Assembly: GCF_004010195.1 (NCBI RefSeq)
Contig: NC_057719.1
Span: 52,286,263-52,350,262, forward strand
Length of the DNA stretch: 64,000 bases
Source of the DNA: Chiloscyllium plagiosum
Taxonomy: Eukaryota
Direction: 5' to 3'
Part shown: positions 60,481-64,000 of the stretch, piece by piece
Layout: each line of letters opens with the position of its first letter
Position numbering within the stretch: position 1 is the stretch's first letter
The notes under the pieces: model-generated
The model's database searches: none
The model's input: the letters and a program-made list of their open reading frames with translations, nothing else
What the model was told of the DNA's origin: nothing
Program-made: the position numbers and the translations under genes

Positions 60481-60889
60481 AATAGGGAAATGTGAAAGCA
60501 GTAGCTAGTTGGATGGACTTTAATAAGGGAAATGGTGTCATCCCTCTAGCCAGATTTCTGTTTTGACTACAATATTGAAGCAATCACATAGAATAATTTC
60601 ATCCTACAGCAGTCAATTAGGCCAATTAACGTCCAACCAAAGGGCCATTTCCAGATGTCAGTAGTATTTTGTCAGTGCCCGACCAGCCATTTGCTGAGTC
60701 TGTAGCCCAGTAGCAACTTGAAATATCTCCTGCAGGCAGGTTGGAGGACCATTGATGATCTTCTATCAGGTGCTATGAATGAACTATATCTGGTTCAAAG
60801 GTCATATCCGCAGCTACAATCAATCCTCAAGAAGAGATTATCTCCATACTGATGGCTTTAACAGTTGTGGGTCCTTATTTAGAAATTTA

Positions 60890-61240
60890 TAGAATCATAG
60901 AATGTCTACAGTGTGGAAATAGACCATTTGGCCCAACAAGTCCACACAGATCCCCCGAAAGTATCCCACCCAAACTCATTCCCCTACCTTATAACTCTGC
61001 ATTTCCCCTAACTAATGCATCTCATCTACACATCCCTAAACACAGTGGGCAATTTAGCCATGGCCAATTCACCTCACCTGAATATCTTTGGATGGTGGGA
61101 GGAAACCAGAGCACCTGGAGGAAACCCCACAAACAGAGTCAAAGTACAAACTCCACATAGACAATTGCCCAAGGCTGGATTTGAACCTGGGTCTCTGGCG
61201 CTGTGAGGCAACAGTGCTAACCACTGAGCCACTATGCCGT
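60890..61240 (-). mobile_element. HE1-like SINE
   Basis: Full-length reverse copy with tagaatcatagaa tail. Confidence 0.88.
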
Positions 61241-61769
61241 CATAATTCTCTTCATGTTTCTGATAGCATCTGTTTTTGGAGCTACCTTCACAATCACATT
61301 TCTTAATTGGAAGTTGTCAGCTAAGGCTACTATCAGAGTGCTGCAGACCCTCTGATTGGGCTGCCTGCATGGATATTCCATCTACTTTCTTCAATTGGTC
61401 AGTGAATGTGGAGGTAGCAAAGTTACCTCAAACGACATTGCACCAGAATGTGTTTTCTTCACAAACACAGACTTGGGGCCTGTATATGGTCCCAATGCCA
61501 GTAGGGAAGATCAACCCAAAGAGTCTTGTAAACAAATTTGAAGGAATAGGCAGCTATACCAGAGAAGTCAAGGAAGTCAGAGTGGATATAGAATGCACAA
61601 GGAAAGAGCTTGGAGTCAACAAAGGATATGGACATAGAACTTGATGATTTTAAGATAGCTGATTAATTGTCAACAGTGTTTCAGAGTACTATTTACTCTG
61701 ATTTAAGTATTGGATTAACAAGTTTGCCATAAAGAAGAAAATTGGTACCAAGTTTCCAATGCCAGTTAA

Positions 61770-62020
61770 GTCATACTTTAAAATTAAAGAATGTCTATTT
61801 CCCAGAGCATCAAGCGTCTTGAGAATTCCCTTCCTCAAAAGACAGTGGATGCAAAATCTTCAAATATTTTTAAATGTAAGTAGATTCTTGATCACCAAGG
61901 AAGTGAACTCTATATGCAGGAATGTAGAGATGGGGTTAAAATCAGATCAGCCATCATTTTTTAGAAGAGTGAAACAGACTTGCAGGACCTATCCTTGCTC
62001 CTTGTTATTTGTTTGTATGT
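61770..62020 (+). mobile_element. Old CR1 3' end fragment
   Basis: cagtggatgc..atatttt..tagattcttgatc..aagg..cagatcagccat. Confidence 0.5.
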
Positions 62021-62914
62021 TTGTTTCAACAAAGTTGGTGTGTGAAGAAAGAACATTCCAAAATGTCACTTTCTGTCAAGAACTGACCATATTATGACAA
62101 GTGAAAATTATTGCGCACATATTGAAGAGAAATTAAGAAGTCATTTACTGACATTACTTGCATTTATGGATGTGTTAATCGTCTTATGAAGACAGGAATG
62201 ATTTTTGAGAAGTTAGACTTCATGATACCCTTCAGTGCAGTAGCTGGATAGCATGTCAGAACAGACTAGTTACTTGCTACACTAATTTAGAAATATATGT
62301 TACAGGTTTTGTCTTTCACTGTCTCATAATAAAAAGAGCCATTATCAGTAATCAGTAATCATTTAACAACATGTAAATCTTAGTTTGAAGAACATTGTTA
62401 CTGTTCTGCCATTCAACAAGATCATTTCGGGAAGGAAGCTGCCATCCTTACCTTCTCTGGCCTATATGTGATATAAGAGACCCACAGCAATGTGATTAAC
62501 TATCAAATGCCCTCTGGTCAATTAGGAATGGTTTAGCCAGCAACACCCTCGTTTGTGAAGGAATTAACAAAAAATAAGAACACCGACAGTCTATTGCATG
62601 TCAACACAATCTAATTTCTCACCACTTAAGAAATATTTCTGTGTTCTTGTCCATTCACACACAAACATGCAAACGGTAGTAGGCCTCTTGGCCTCGCAAC
62701 TTTGCTCCACCATGAGATGATGGGCGATCTGGTTTTGAGCTCAATTCTATATTACTGTATATTCCCAATAATCTTTCAACTTCTTATTAATGAAGAATAT
62801 ATAAACATTCAAACAAGGGTAACCATAGCCTGTTCAACTTGCCGTGAAACCTATTTGCATTCTCACAACTTACAGTCCGACCTAATTTTGTATCTTCAAA
62901 CTAAGAAATAATAC

Positions 62915-63380
62915 ATTTACAAGGATGTTGCCAGGGCTCAAGATTCTGAGTTATTCGGAGAGGTTGGACAAACTAGGATTTTCGAACAAAGGAGACTGAG
63001 GGGGGATCTTATAGGAGTGTATAAGATCATGAGAGGCATAGATTGGGTTAATGCACTCAGTCTTTTTCTCAGGGCTGGGGAATCGAGGACTAGAGGGCAT
63101 CAGTTTAAGGTTTGAGGAAAATGTATAAAAGGGAACCTGAGGGGCAACGTTTTCACACAAACGGGAGTTTGCTTGTGCAATGAGCTGCCAGTGGAAGTAG
63201 TTAATGCGGTTACATTAACAACACTTTAAAAGGCATTTGGGCAAATACATGGATAGGAAAGGTTTAGAAGGATATGGGCCGAGTGCAAGGAAGGGGGTTA
63301 GCATGGATGGAGAGTTTGGTCAGCATGGACCATTTTGGAGCAAAGAACCTGTTCCCATGCTGTAGGACTTTATAACTGTA
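62915..63380 (+). mobile_element. CR1/HER1 3' fragment
   Basis: Colinear with 100-573 (tttacaaggatgttgccaggg..actagagggcat..gagctgccag..gatatgggcc). Confidence 0.9.
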
Positions 63381-64000
63381 GTCTCCACGTCAAAATCATC
63401 GATATAGATTGTAATAACTGGAGATCAAAACTGATCTTTACGACACCCCAGATGTCACAGCCTGTCATCCTGGGAACGACACATTTATTCCTACTCCTTT
63501 TATTGTCTCTGTTAATGATTTTGCACAATACACCTACACTATTTCCTGGCTGTGTAAGCAGTGCACTGCTCATTTATCCAATAATGCCTTTGGACCATAA
63601 CGTGGTGATATGCCGCAGATGTGTATTCACTAAACACAGATGTGTATGTACTAATGTTGTGTGAAAAGAATTTGAAATAAGTTACAGTAGAGAACAAAGA
63701 TTTATATTCAAAAATGTGGAGGATTTCTATTTGTTTCATGTATAGTGATGCACATGTGGCTCCGTTGATAATTTTATTCTAATCTCCTTAGCGTATGAAC
63801 ACCTTTTACAAATACTGTCATAGATTGAACATTCATTAACCTAGCTTTATCTGGTTCACTGCAAAGCATCACTATTCAGATTCCCCTTTAGCATTCTTGC
63901 TTAAACTTGTTCTCTTCTCTGTATCCTCCAGCTTTTCCATGCCAGGTGCGAAACACCATCCCACCAGATGGCCTATTTCTTTTCTCATTCTTTTACTTTG

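Overview
This is eukaryotic, vertebrate DNA, most likely from a shark (inferred from the repeat content: HE1-like tRNA-derived SINEs sharing a 3' tail with HER1/CR1 LINEs). The window is intergenic or intronic and dominated by repeats, with three N-gaps. I recognise no intact host protein-coding gene, rRNA, true tRNA or CRISPR array. It contains many 5'-truncated CR1 LINEs of several ages, about 10 HE1-like SINEs, a second SINE family, three decayed Gypsy LTR elements, many Penelope-like element (PLE) pieces, two Harbinger Myb/SANT relics and a Tx1-like fragment. Several PLE pieces are foldback palindromes or carry minimal hammerhead-ribozyme motifs. The most unusual structures are: (1) a young CR1 whose ORF2 is cut at 18360 and resumes exactly at 24104, after a 5.7-kb mosaic insert that itself ends in a CR1 3' tail (possible retrotransposed read-through cargo); (2) a 234-bp inverted duplication with 233/234 identity (57710-57943 / 59161-59394), whose right copy interrupts an older LINE tail; (3) hammerhead-like cores in three PLE families. 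Repeat boundaries are estimated by eye (roughly +/-20-50 bp unless stated as exact). Family names come from recalled motifs, not database searches.
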